From Candidatus Eiseniibacteriota bacterium (GTDB lineage: Bacteria; Eisenbacteria; RBG-16-71-46): a DNA stretch of 64,000 nucleotides. Position 1 is the stretch's first letter, and each line of letters begins with the position of its first letter. A program made the translations under genes and the position numbers. Under the pieces are notes generated by a model that worked only from the letters and a program-made list of their open reading frames with translations, did not search any database and had not been told where the DNA came from. This document shows positions 17,258-28,200 of the stretch, in pieces. The stretch lies in contig JBGPFC010000005.1 of assembly GCA_041483195.1 (NCBI GenBank), positions 1 through 64,000 of the forward strand, read 5' to 3'.

Positions 17258-20200
17258 CTACGCCGGTTCGATCGCGAGCTTCGCCTCGACGCCCTCGATG
17301 TCCACGCTCTTCGCCCCGTCGCGCGGCGCGCCGTAGTCGAAGGACGTGACGAGGCACTCCGCCGCGACCGTCGCCTCCCAGCGCCTCGCGAGGGCGAGCA
17401 GCGATTCCGGGCCGGAGAGTCGCAGGACGATGCGCGCCTCGTAGGGGAGATCGCGTTCCTTGCGCTCGCCCTGCACGTGATGGATCAGCTCGCGGATCTG
17501 CCCCTCTTCGAGCAGCTCCGGGGTGAGCTGCGTGGACACCACCACCACGCCGCTGCGTCCGGGCGCGGCCGACCAGCCGGGCTTCGCTTCGAGCCTCACG
17601 AACACCTCCTGCTCGCTGAGCGTCACCGGCTCCCCGTCCACGTCCACCACGATCGCGCCGTCGGCCGCGAGCCGGCGCCGCACCTCGGCGGGATCGAGCG
17701 CCGCCAGCGCCGCGCCCAGGCGGGGCAGGCGCTTGCCGAGCCTCGGGCCGAGCAGCTTCAAGTCGGGCTTCACCTGGTAGCTCACGTAACGGTCGCCTTC
17801 GGTCGTGAACTCGACGCGCTTCAGATTCAGCTCCTCGAGCACCAGCGACACGTGGGTGCTCAACCGCTCGGCCTGTTCGGCGCGCGACACGATGATCTCG
17901 GCGAGCGCGAGCGGCTGGCGCACCTTGAGCCTGGCCGCGGTGCGCGCCGCACGGCCGGCCGAGACCAGGTCACGCACCTGCTCCATCAGGTCGGCCAGCG
18001 GTTCGTCGATCGCGGCGGGATCGGCGGCCGGGAAGTCGCTGAGATGCACGCTCTCGGCGTATCCGCCGGCGCGCTCGCCGCTGAAGCCCGCGCGCGTCAG
18101 CGTCTGCCACAGGGTCTCCGCGAAGAACGGCGTGAAGGGCGCGATCAACTGGCTCAGCGTGAGCAGGCACTCGTAGAGCGTCTCGTACGCGTCCCACTTG
18201 TCCTGCGACTTGTCGGACGACCAGAAGCGCGGGCGCGAGCGCCGCACGTACCAGTTGCTGAGCGCGTCCACGAACTCGTTGAGGCGGCGCGCGGCCGGGT
18301 AGTTCTCGAAGCGGTCGAGGCTCTCGCGCACCGTGCGGATGGTACGGTGCAGCTCCGAGACGATCCAGCGATCCAGCTCGCCGCGCTCCCGCACCGGCCG
18401 CGCGTGGGCGCCGGGCTCGAAGCCGTCGATGTTGCCGTAGATCACGAGGAAGCCGAACACGTTGGCGAGCCGCACCAGGAATTCGCGGTGCGCGTCGCGG
18501 ATGTTCTGCTCCTGGAAACGGGCGGTGGTCCATGGCACCTGCGCGCCGAGAAAGTACCAGCGCATCGCGTCGGCGCCGTAGGTGTCGAAGATGTACGAGG
18601 GCTCGCGGTAGTTCTTGAGCCGCTTCGACATCTTGGCGCCATCTTCGCCGTTCATGTGCCCCAGCACGATGCAGGTGCGGAACGGGATCGGATAGGCGCG
18701 GGGCTTGCGATCGCCCGCCTCGGCGGCCGGCGGGCCGAACAGCAGCGTGTTGATCGCGAGCAGGGCGTAGAACCAGCCACGCGTCTGATCGATCGCCTCG
18801 CTGATGAAGTCGGCGGGAAAGCGCTGGTCGAGCAGATCGGCGCTGCCCTTGACGTGCGGGTAGCCCCACTGCGCGAACGGCATGCTGCCTGCGTCCCACC
18901 ACACGTCGATCACGTCGCGCACCCTGCGCATGCGCGCGCCGTTCGCGAACGGGCTGTCGTACGTCCACTCGTCGATGTAGGGCTTGTGCACGCGCAGGTG
19001 GTCGGGGAGCGCCGGGTCCTCCGTCTTCTTGCGCGCCCAGAACCCGCCGTCGGTGGCGCCCGGCTTCGCGGTGATCTCCGCGAACGCGCCGACTGCCTCC
19101 ATGCGGCCGGTGCGCTCGCACACCCAGATCGGGAGCGGCGTGCCCCAGTAGCGTTCGCGCGAGAGCGCCCAGTCCACGTTGTTGCGCAGGAAGTCGCCGA
19201 AGCGGCCCTCCTGGATGTGCGACGGCAGCCACCGCATGCGCGCGTTGTTCGCGAGGAACTCGTCCTTGAAGCGCGAAGTGCGCACGAACCAGCTCATGCG
19301 AGCGTACTGGATGAGCGGGTCGTTCTCGGCGCGCGGCGAGAACGGGTACTCGTGCCGGATCTGCTCCTGGTGGTAGAGCAGCCCCCGCTCCTTCAGCTCG
19401 CGTGCGATGTCCTTGTCGCAGTCCTTGATCCAGCGGCCGCGATACTTCGCGGGCGCGTCGTCGGAGAAGTTGCCGTCGGGCCGCACCGCGCACAGCAGCG
19501 GAACGGCGTCGGGATCGGCGAAGCGCCGGCGCTCGGCCTGCAGGATGTCGAAATCCACTTCGCCGAAGGCGGGGGCCTCGTGCACGAGGCCGGTCCCGGA
19601 ATCGAGCGTCACGAACTCGGCTGCCAGCACGCGCCAGCCGATCGGCGCGTCGCCGCCCGCGGCGAGCGCGGCCCGCCGCTCGCCGAGCGGCGCGCCCTCC
19701 GCGAGCGCGGGGGGGAGCGCGGTGCGGGCGGAGTAACCGTCGAACGGCGGCAGGTAGCGCAGTCCGAGCAACGCCGCCCCGCGCACCGTCGCGATCACCG
19801 CGAGGTCGCGCTTCACCTTCTTCGCGATGGTATCGACCAGGCTCGCGGCCACCACCAGGCGCTCGCCGTCGGCCGCGTCGTGCACGATCGCGTAGTCCAG
19901 CTCCGGGTGCACGGCGGCGAAGTGATTGCTCACGAGCGTCCACGGGGTGGTCGTCCACACCAGCAGGCTCTCGCGTTTCGCGGCGGGCGCGCCGTCCGGC
20001 ACCGGGAGCGGATCGCGCAGCGGGAACTTCACGAACACGCTGGGATCGTCCACTGTGCGGTAGCCCTCGCCGACCTCGCCCGCCGACAGGGCGGTGCCTC
20101 CCTGCGGCCACCACCACACCACCTTGTGGCCCTGGTAGAGGAGGCCGCGCTCGAACAACGTCTGGAGCGACCACCACACGCTCTCCACGTAGCTCTGGTG

Positions 20201-20653
20201 GTAGCTGACGTACGCCTCCTCGAGGTTCATCCAGAACCCGATGCGCCGCGTCAGCTCTTCCCACTCCAGCGTGTAGCGGAACACGCTGTCGATGCAGCGG
20301 CGCACGAAGCGCTCGACGCCGTACGCCTCGATCTCCTCCTTGGTGTGAATGCCCAGCTCCTTGCACACCTCGACTTCGACCGGCAGCCCGTGCGTGTCCC
20401 AGCCCGCCTTGCGCTCCACCAGCTCTCCGCGCATGGTTCGGTAGCGGGGGAACAGGTCCTTCATCGCGCGGGTGAGGGCGTGGCCGGGATGCGGCATGCC
20501 GTTCGCCGTGGGCGGGCCCTCGTAGAACACGAAGCGCTTCGCGCCCGAGCGGTTCCTGATCGAGCGCCCGAAGATGTCGTACTTTTCCCAGAAGTCGCGC
20601 ACGCGCCTTTCGGCGGCGGGGAAATCGAAGTTGGGAGGCAGCGGTTCGAACAT
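17258..20653 (-). CDS. ileS: Isoleucine--tRNA ligase (type 2)
   Basis: FYEGPPTANGMPHPGH, GWDTHGLPVE, WTTTPWTL, DWALSRERYWGTP, DQTRGWFY and KMSKRLKNY. Start placed at MFEPLPP. Confidence 0.95.
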   Translation of the reverse strand: MFEPLPPNFDFPAAERRVRDFWEKYDIFGRSIRNRSGAKRFVFYEGPPTANGMPHPGHALTRAMKDLFPRYRTMRGELVERKAGWDTHGLPVEVEVCKELGIHTKEEIEAYGVERFVRRCIDSVFRYTLEWEELTRRIGFWMNLEEAYVSYHQSYVESVWWSLQTLFERGLLYQGHKVVWWWPQGGTALSAGEVGEGYRTVDDPSVFVKFPLRDPLPVPDGAPAAKRESLLVWTTTPWTLVSNHFAAVHPELDYAIVHDAADGERLVVAASLVDTIAKKVKRDLAVIATVRGAALLGLRYLPPFDGYSARTALPPALAEGAPLGERRAALAAGGDAPIGWRVLAAEFVTLDSGTGLVHEAPAFGEVDFDILQAERRRFADPDAVPLLCAVRPDGNFSDDAPAKYRGRWIKDCDKDIARELKERGLLYHQEQIRHEYPFSPRAENDPLIQYARMSWFVRTSRFKDEFLANNARMRWLPSHIQEGRFGDFLRNNVDWALSRERYWGTPLPIWVCERTGRMEAVGAFAEITAKPGATDGGFWARKKTEDPALPDHLRVHKPYIDEWTYDSPFANGARMRRVRDVIDVWWDAGSMPFAQWGYPHVKGSADLLDQRFPADFISEAIDQTRGWFYALLAINTLLFGPPAAEAGDRKPRAYPIPFRTCIVLGHMNGEDGAKMSKRLKNYREPSYIFDTYGADAMRWYFLGAQVPWTTARFQEQNIRDAHREFLVRLANVFGFLVIYGNIDGFEPGAHARPVRERGELDRWIVSELHRTIRTVRESLDRFENYPAARRLNEFVDALSNWYVRRSRPRFWSSDKSQDKWDAYETLYECLLTLSQLIAPFTPFFAETLWQTLTRAGFSGERAGGYAESVHLSDFPAADPAAIDEPLADLMEQVRDLVSAGRAARTAARLKVRQPLALAEIIVSRAEQAERLSTHVSLVLEELNLKRVEFTTEGDRYVSYQVKPDLKLLGPRLGKRLPRLGAALAALDPAEVRRRLAADGAIVVDVDGEPVTLSEQEVFVRLEAKPGWSAAPGRSGVVVVSTQLTPELLEEGQIRELIHHVQGERKERDLPYEARIVLRLSGPESLLALARRWEATVAAECLVTSFDYGAPRDGAKSVDIEGVEAKLAIEPA

Positions 20654-20798
20654 CGGCAGCTCCGCGGGCGCGTGACGAACGTGATCGGACCACATGGCGT
20701 GTTCCCGAGCCCGGGAATCTAGACGAGTTTGCGCGATTCGTGAACTGCGGCCCCGAGCCGGGGGCGGGCAGGGCGCGCGCGACGCAGGGAGATCGGCG

Positions 20799-21347
20799 AT
20801 GGACTCATCGGATCGGAAGCCGCAGTTCGACCTCGGAGAGGCGATCGCGGTGCTGGACCGCACGCCGCGGGTGATGGACACGCTGCTCGGCGGCCTGCCG
20901 GCGGGCTGGACCGAGGCCACCGATGGCGCGGAGTCGTGGAGCCCCAGGGTCGTGATCGGGCACCTCATTCACGGCGAGGACACCGACTGGATCCCGCGCG
21001 CGCGGATCATCCTCGAGCACGGCGAGACGCGGGCGTTCCTGCCGTTCGACCGGTTCACGCAGCTCGAGCGCTTCCGCGACACGGGCCTCGCGGAGCTGCT
21101 CCCGCTGTTCGCGCGAAAACGCGCCGGGAACCTCGCGACGCTCGCGGCGTGGAAGCTCGGCCCGGTTCAGCTCGCCCGCTCAGGGACGCACCCCGAGTTC
21201 GGCCGCGTCACCATGGAACAGCTGCTCGCGACCTGGGTCGCTCACGATCTCGGGCACGTCGCGCAGGTGGTGCGCGTCATGGCGCGCCGCTATACGCGCG
21301 ACATCGGGCCATGGAAGGCGTACCTCTCGATCATCGGTAATACGTGA
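20799..21347 (+). CDS. DinB-family protein
   Basis: WSPRVVIGHLIHGEDTDWIPR, HPEFGRVT and TWVAHDLGH His triad. Confidence 0.85.
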   Translation: MDSSDRKPQFDLGEAIAVLDRTPRVMDTLLGGLPAGWTEATDGAESWSPRVVIGHLIHGEDTDWIPRARIILEHGETRAFLPFDRFTQLERFRDTGLAELLPLFARKRAGNLATLAAWKLGPVQLARSGTHPEFGRVTMEQLLATWVAHDLGHVAQVVRVMARRYTRDIGPWKAYLSIIGNT

Positions 21348-21415
21348 GGAGAACTTCCCGCGGGCTCGATCGTCTAGAAAGCAACCACCGGCCCGCGCTC
21401 GAGGACGCCCTTCGC

Positions 21416-24265
21416 ATGATGCTGAAAGCCGTGGCACTGGCGTGCCTGCTCGCCGTGGTGCCGCATCCGCTCCACGCGCAGACCGCGACGCTGCGGGGAA
21501 GGGTCGTCGACCGGGGGTCGGGGGCGGCGATCGCGGGCGTGCGGATCCGGCTCGTCAATCTCTCGGACACCACCGACGTCCATTCCACGATCACGCGCGA
21601 CGACGGCACGTTCGAGCTCTCTGGCCTCGCGCTCCGCGGCTACCGCCTCGAGACGCTGCGCCTCAGCTACGTGCCGCTGCGGCAGACGGTCCGCGTCGTG
21701 CGCGGCGAGCAGGACCTCGGCCCGCTCCGGCTGGTCACCGCTGCGTTGCCGGTGCGGGGGGTGGTGGTCAGGGCGTCGCCGCCGCCCGCCACGCAGAAGG
21801 CCGACACCACGGAATTCGCGGCCGCCGCGGTCAAGACCCATCCCGACGCCTCCGCCGAAGATCTCGTGTCGAAGCTGCCGGGCATCACGGTCGAGAGCGG
21901 AACCGTCAAGAGCAACGGCGAGACCGTTCAGCAGGTGCTGGTCGACGGGAAGCCGTTCTTCGGCGGCGATCCCACCATCGCGCTGCGCAACCTGCCGGCC
22001 GACGTGATCGACAAGATCCAGGTGTTCGACAAGCTCAGCGATCAGGCCGAGTTCAGCGGGTTCGACGATGGGCAGACCACGAAGACCATGAACTTCGTGC
22101 TGCGCGCGGACCGGCGCAATGCCCGCTTCGGTAAGGCATACGGCGGCTACGGCGATCACGATCGGTACCTCGCGGGGGGGAACGCGAACCTGCTGAAGGG
22201 GCAGACTCGCTTCTCGGCGATCGCGCTCGCCAACAACGTGAACCAGCAGAATTTTTCGGCGCAGGATCTGCTCGGCGTGCTCAACACCGGGAACGCGCGC
22301 GGTGGCCCGGGCGGGGGCGGGCCGGGCGGCGGTCGGCCGGGCGGCGGGCAGGGGCGGCCTCCGGGCGGCGGCAACTTCGGCGGGCCGGGAGGAGGAGGAG
22401 GAGGCGGGGGAGGCGGGCAGAATTTTCTGGTTGGCCAGCAGGACGGGGTCGCGACCACGAGCTCGATCGGAACCAACTACTCGGGGACGCCGCGACCCGG
22501 TCTCACGATCAATCAGAGCTACTTCTTCAACGGCACCGACAACCAGAACGCCCAGCGGCTGGCGCGCTCGTATCTGGCACCCGAGGACTCGGCCGCCCGA
22601 TACGGACAGAGCTCCACCTCCGACAATCGAAACGGCAATCATCGCATCGAGGCGCGCATCGAGTGGGCGGCGGATTCCGCGAACTCGGTCGTTGAGCAGC
22701 CGCGGCTCTACTTCCAGGGCAATCACGCATCGAGCGCGCTGTCCGCGGAGAACCGGTCGGAATCCGGAGCGCTGGTCAATCGGGCCGTGAACGACAGCCG
22801 CGGCACCACCTCCGGCGACAACCTCTCGAACCATCTCGTGCTGCGTCACCGGTTCCCGACGCGCGGCCGCACCATCTCGCTCGATCTCGGGACCGGCTAC
22901 ACCCTGAAGGACGGCTCGAGCGGCGCGCGGTCCCTCACCGACTACTTCCAGATTCCCGCCACCGCGAGCGACACGCTCGATGAGCGAACCTCGCTGCGCA
23001 CCACCACCTCCTCGTTCTCCGCGCGCGCGGTGTACACCGAGCCGGTCGGCCGCGCCGCGCAGTTGCAGATCGCGTACAACCCGTCGGTCGCAACCAGCCG
23101 CTCGGACCGTCGCGCCTTCGCGCTCGACCCGGCTTCGGGCGCGTACACCCTCCCCGACAGCGGGCTGTCCAATTCGTTCGACAACACGAGTACGGCGCAG
23201 AGCGCGGGGGCCGGGCTGCTGGTGCGTCGCGGCGGCCTGAGATTCAACGCGAACCTGTTCTTCCAGCACAGCGGGCTGAGTTCGGAGCAGAGGCTCCCCG
23301 CGCGACTCTCGGTTCGGAAGTCGTTCGACGACCTGCTGCCCTCGCTCATGCTGAACGCCAATCTGGCCGACCATCGCAATCTGCGCCTGTTCTACCGGAC
23401 CTCCACCCAGGCTCCGAGCATCGCCCAGCTCCAGAACGTGGTGGACAACTCGAACCCGCTGGTGCTGTCCAGCGGCAACCCCGACCTGAAGCAGTCCACC
23501 ACCGAGAGCATGGTGTGCCGCTACTCCGAGACCAATCCCGCGCGCTCGCGCAGCCGCTTCGTGGTGGTGTCGGTGCAGCACACGCGCAACAGCATCGCGA
23601 ACTCGACGCTGACCGCCGTGAACGACACGGTGCTGGCGGGGGGCGTGGTGTTGAAGCCGGGCGCCCAGCTGAGCTCGCCGGTCAACGTGAACGGCGCGTG
23701 GAACGTCAGCACCTTCGTGACCGAGAGCGGCCCGGTGGGGCTCCTCAAGAGCCTGCTCAGCGTTCATGGCGGCGTGACCCTGAGCCGCACCCCGGGGCTG
23801 GTTCAGCGGAGCGTGAACTTCGCCAACACCTGGGCGCTGAGCGGAGGGGCGGTGCTCGCGAGCAACATCAGCGAGGCCCTGGACTTCACGCTCGCGTACT
23901 CGGGCACCTACAACATCGCGCACAACACGCTGAGCGCGAGCCTGAACAACGACTATTACACTCAGGTCGCGAGCCTCAAGCTGAACGTGATCTCGTGGAA
24001 GGGCGTGGTGATGCGGCACGAGCTGAGCCACTCGCAGTCGATCGGCCTGGCGGGAGGGTTCGGGCAGAATGCGGTGCTCTGGAATACCAGCATCGGGAAG
24101 AAGGTCTTCAACAATCAGCGCGGCGAGATCCTGCTCTCCGCCGCCGACGTGCTCGATCAGAGCCGCAGCACCAATCGGACGGTGACCGAGACCTACCTGC
24201 AGGACACGCAAAATCGTACGCTGGGCTCGTATGCGATGCTGACCTTCACCTATACGATGAGGTAG
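21416..24265 (+). CDS. Outer-membrane beta-barrel/TonB-dependent-receptor-like protein with carboxypeptidase-regulatory-like N-domain
   Basis: Signal peptide, GRVVD..AIAGV, KLPGITVE, VDGKPFFGGDP, KIQVFDKLSDQAEFSGFDDG, GNPDLK and terminal LTFTY. Gly-rich insert at about 22301-22417. Confidence 0.8.
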   Translation: MMLKAVALACLLAVVPHPLHAQTATLRGRVVDRGSGAAIAGVRIRLVNLSDTTDVHSTITRDDGTFELSGLALRGYRLETLRLSYVPLRQTVRVVRGEQDLGPLRLVTAALPVRGVVVRASPPPATQKADTTEFAAAAVKTHPDASAEDLVSKLPGITVESGTVKSNGETVQQVLVDGKPFFGGDPTIALRNLPADVIDKIQVFDKLSDQAEFSGFDDGQTTKTMNFVLRADRRNARFGKAYGGYGDHDRYLAGGNANLLKGQTRFSAIALANNVNQQNFSAQDLLGVLNTGNARGGPGGGGPGGGRPGGGQGRPPGGGNFGGPGGGGGGGGGGQNFLVGQQDGVATTSSIGTNYSGTPRPGLTINQSYFFNGTDNQNAQRLARSYLAPEDSAARYGQSSTSDNRNGNHRIEARIEWAADSANSVVEQPRLYFQGNHASSALSAENRSESGALVNRAVNDSRGTTSGDNLSNHLVLRHRFPTRGRTISLDLGTGYTLKDGSSGARSLTDYFQIPATASDTLDERTSLRTTTSSFSARAVYTEPVGRAAQLQIAYNPSVATSRSDRRAFALDPASGAYTLPDSGLSNSFDNTSTAQSAGAGLLVRRGGLRFNANLFFQHSGLSSEQRLPARLSVRKSFDDLLPSLMLNANLADHRNLRLFYRTSTQAPSIAQLQNVVDNSNPLVLSSGNPDLKQSTTESMVCRYSETNPARSRSRFVVVSVQHTRNSIANSTLTAVNDTVLAGGVVLKPGAQLSSPVNVNGAWNVSTFVTESGPVGLLKSLLSVHGGVTLSRTPGLVQRSVNFANTWALSGGAVLASNISEALDFTLAYSGTYNIAHNTLSASLNNDYYTQVASLKLNVISWKGVVMRHELSHSQSIGLAGGFGQNAVLWNTSIGKKVFNNQRGEILLSAADVLDQSRSTNRTVTETYLQDTQNRTLGSYAMLTFTYTMR

Positions 24266-24376
24266 CGATCGTCCGTTTCGCCGGATGCCCGGGCCGGGGG
24301 AGGGGGCCAGATCGTCATCACGCATCACTCGGCGCCGGTGGTAGCCTTCGCTCCGGGGTCGCGAGAGGAGGGTGTC

Positions 24377-25177
24377 ATGATCGCGAATCGCGCGCCGCGC
24401 CCGCGGCGCGGAATCATCGCTCGCATCCTGCGCATCGAGCGGATTCCTCCGCTCGCGCTGGTGCTGGGGCTCGTCACCGGCCCATCCGACGGCTGCCACG
24501 GCTCGAAGCCGCCGCCGCTCGCGGGGGGCGCCATCGCCACGACCGCCACCAACGCCGTGACCGCCGGCGACTGCTCCACTCCGCCGCTCGGCCGCGTCAC
24601 CGCCTACCTGCTCGGGCCCGACGAGAATGGAATCCATCAGTTCACGGGAACCGTCGTCCAGCTCCCGCCGGCGAACGCGGGCGGCGCAGGCAAGTGGGTG
24701 GTACGCGAGGGCGGCGGTGCTGAACACATCATCATGGTGGAGGTGCCGCGGGTCGTGCTGCCGCTGAAGATGGGAGAGAGCTACGCCTTCGAAGTGCAGA
24801 ACATCGGCCGCTTCCCCGCGGCGAGCGCGCTGCTCGTCTCGGACTCGAAGGGACTGCGCTGCGCGGCGGTCGCGGATATCGGCCCCGGCGAGCTGGTCTT
24901 GCACGGCGGACTCCCGGGATTCGACGTGGCGCTGCTGCCCGCCACTTGCGACAGCCGCCCGCACGACGAGTGCTACGAGTCGATCCGCAACGCGCCGCTC
25001 ACCGTGACGCGCGCGGGGCAGACGGTGCGGCTCATGCACGGCGACGCGGCCGACCTCGGCGATTACCGCCTGACCTGTCTCACCGCGCAGCGAGTGACGC
25101 TCCGCGAGGGAGCGCCCTGCGGCGATGCGGGGCTGATCGCGATCTCGTACGTCATCGTGCGGCGCGACGCGCAGTAG
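24377..25177 (+). CDS. Hypothetical secreted/lipoprotein-like Cys-containing protein
   Basis: GGAGGG RBS before ATG 24377, hydrophobic N-region, host-like codon usage. Confidence 0.55.
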   Translation: MIANRAPRPRRGIIARILRIERIPPLALVLGLVTGPSDGCHGSKPPPLAGGAIATTATNAVTAGDCSTPPLGRVTAYLLGPDENGIHQFTGTVVQLPPANAGGAGKWVVREGGGAEHIIMVEVPRVVLPLKMGESYAFEVQNIGRFPAASALLVSDSKGLRCAAVADIGPGELVLHGGLPGFDVALLPATCDSRPHDECYESIRNAPLTVTRAGQTVRLMHGDAADLGDYRLTCLTAQRVTLREGAPCGDAGLIAISYVIVRRDAQ

Positions 25178-25274
25178 ACGGGTGGCCGCGGCGCGCTTCG
25201 CGCGGGGCCGAAATGAATGGGGGCGAACCGCGATCGGTTCGCCCCCGCCTTCATGCGCGCCGTCGCGCCTCAGG

Positions 25275-28200
25275 CTAGCGCAGCACGCTCACGCGCTTCA
25301 CCGTGCTGAGTCCGGGCGCGCGAACGCGGTAGAAGTAGATCCCGCTCGGCGCGCGGCGGCCCTGGTCGTCTTTCCCATCCCACACCAGCGGATGCCGGCC
25401 GACGCCGAACTCCTGGTCCACCGGCACCCGCACCTTCTGCCCGAGGATATTGAACACCTCGAACGTCACGCGGCCGGGCGACGCCAGCGACAGCACGTTG
25501 CGCGGATCCAGAGCGGTCCGGCCGATGGCGTCCGCCACGCTCGGCGCGCTCGGCGCCGGGGTCGGGGTCGAACTCATCGTCGCCGGCTCCCCGGTGCCCG
25601 CCTTCGGGGTCGAGGCCGTCGTCACCGGCAGCGCGCCATCGTACAGATCCTCGATCATGAAGTCGGTGCCGTCGAGCTCGTAGTGGAGCCCGATCGGGTC
25701 CTCGCCGTTCGTCGCGTCCGTCAACGTCTTCAGCGAACCCGCGGAGTAGGTGAGCGCGAGATCCGCGAGGCCGTCTCCCGTGACATCCGTCTTCTGCACG
25801 TGAACCGGAAGCGCGAAGCCGAACTCGTTTCCAATCATCGTCCGGCCTGGAACGATCCGGGTCGCGTCGAAGAGCCCATTCGACGGAATCGCGAGCTGTA
25901 GATCCTGCGACGCCGCGGCCAATTCGAAGTCGTTCGCGACCAGCAGCGCCGCATTGCCCGACTGACTGTGGGGCACGCGGACGTACGCCGTGTCATAGGC
26001 GGTGTTGCCGGAGAAGTCGCGGCCGCAATAGATGATGGTGTACTTGCGACCGCTCCCGGGGCCCGAGCGCTCGGACCGCAGCAGGAACGCGAGATCCGCC
26101 GTGCCGTACGCCGCGCCCTGGATGTCGTACTGGGTGTCGCCGTCGCCGAGGCCGTTGTCCGGCTCGTTGCTGGTGATGGACAGCAGGGTGAACGTCGGGT
26201 TCGGGTCGCAGATGTCGGTCACCGTGACCGTGGCGTGAATCTCGACGAGCTTATGGTTCGGCGGCCACAGCGCGTCGCGGTCGATGGCGACCGTGATGAC
26301 CGGCGGCGTGGTGTCGACCACCTTCACATGGCGCGTGCACTGCGAGCTGTTGAGCGCGTTGTCGGTCGCGGTGAAGGTCACGGCGGTGGTGCCGTCCGGG
26401 TAGCAGGTGGGCGCGTCGTCGGTGACGACCGGCGTCGCGGTGCAGTTGTCGGTCGCGGTCGCGATGAATCCCGCGAGCTGCGGATCGCTCGCCGGGGTGC
26501 CGCAATGCGAGCTGCACTCCACGGTGATGTCGGCCGGGCAGGCGAGCACCGGCGGCGTGTTGTCGAAAACGCTCGCCTGGGAGAAGTCGCTCGCCGAGAC
26601 GTTGCAGTTGTCCTTCGCCCCGAACGTCACCCTCACCGTGACCGGCCCGCCGACCAGATTCGAAACCAGCACGCTGCCCGTCACCGTCACGGTCTGCCCA
26701 TCGTTCTGCACCTTGCCGATCGCCGGCACGCCGAGGGTCGCGCCGCCGCCCGGGAGCGTGACGCCCACCGTGACGTCCCCGGCCAGGATCGAGCAGTCGT
26801 CGGTGATGGTGCCGCCGAACGTCACGCTTCGCTGGCAGCTGGCGTCCACCGCTCCGCCGGTCACGTTGACGGCGACCGACGGGGCGTTCGCGCTCACGCT
26901 GAAGTTTCCGTTCGAGACGTCGAAGAAGATGTTGCCAACCGCTTCGACCATGATGCGGCCCTGCGACGTCGCGCCGCACGGGAGCGTCACCGCTTCCGAA
27001 CCGTCGTTCGCGGTGTTGGCGGCGAGCGTGCTGAAGGTCGCACCGCCGTTCGACGAGTAGCGGATGTTGACGTTCGCGGCGACGCTGCCGCCGCCGACCG
27101 TCCACGTCACCGTCACCGGGCAGCCGGAATTGAGCGTCTCGCCGCCGTTGGGATAGGTGACGGCGAACGGGGCTCCGCTGACGTGCACCACCATCGCGTC
27201 GTAGTTCACGCCACCGCCGCCCGCGCGATTGTCGCGGGCCGTGCAGCGGAAGTTCATGTCGCGATCCACGGTCGGCAGGTGCTCCCACGGATCCGCGACC
27301 CCGCTCAGGACGGTGCTCATCTTGGGAAGGGTACGGGTCGGGCTGGTGGTCGGGACCGGCGAGCGGAACAGCGGCCCGTCCGCGTTGTTGGCCGGCGGAG
27401 ACTGGGTGCCCAGATCGAACTGCTCCCAGCCGAACGTGAGCGGGTCGGAATCGGGATCGCTGCCGGTCGCGGTGAGGCGAAACGGGGTGTTGCGCGGAAT
27501 GGTGAAGTCCGATCCCGCGTTCACGTTGGGGGGCGAGTTGCCGGTCGCGGTCGATGGTCCGCAGGTGCCGCCGCCCTCGCGGAACGCGACGATCTGATCG
27601 AAGCTCCGGGTGTGGAAGAAGGGATCGCTGTGCGGCTGGACGTCCTCGGCGCCGCAGATCCCGGCGTAGGCCATGATCGTGGTGCCGCTGCCCGGCTCGT
27701 AGGCCGAGCTCGCGACGCGGTTGCCGCCGCCGCAGCTGCTGGTCGAGCCGTTGAACGTATGATCCGCGTGGAACTGATGGCCCATCTCGTGGGCGACGTA
27801 GTCCACGTCGAAGTCGTCGCCCTGCGGCGTGCCGCGCGAAGTGCCACCCTTCGCCTTGTTCGCGGCGCACACGCCGAACTGCGCGAGACCGCCGCCGCCG
27901 CCGGAGCTGACGATGTGCCCGATGTCGTAGTTGGCCGAGCCGACATTCGTGTCGGTATCGGTCTGGTTCTCGTTGAGCAGCGTGCCGTTCACGCTGGTTC
28001 CGGCGGGAAACGGATCGGTCGCGGGATTGGTGTAGATGTTGAACGCGACGAGGCTGAGCCGGATCGACAGCTCCTTCTCGTAGATGCCATTGACGCGGTT
28101 CACGGTGGTGGTGATGGCCGCCTGTGCAGCGGCGACGGTGCCGCCGAAGAATTGCGTGTATTCGCCGGTCGCGGTCATCGCGAGGCGATAGGTGCGCAGG

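Noticed and set aside
17477..20722. 1081-aa ORF antisense to ileS
   Set aside because: Shadow ORF caused by high-GC codon bias; the opposite strand encodes IleRS.
21374..25039. 1221-aa minus-strand ORF
   Set aside because: Antisense shadow of the outer-membrane protein and the next gene; no motifs.
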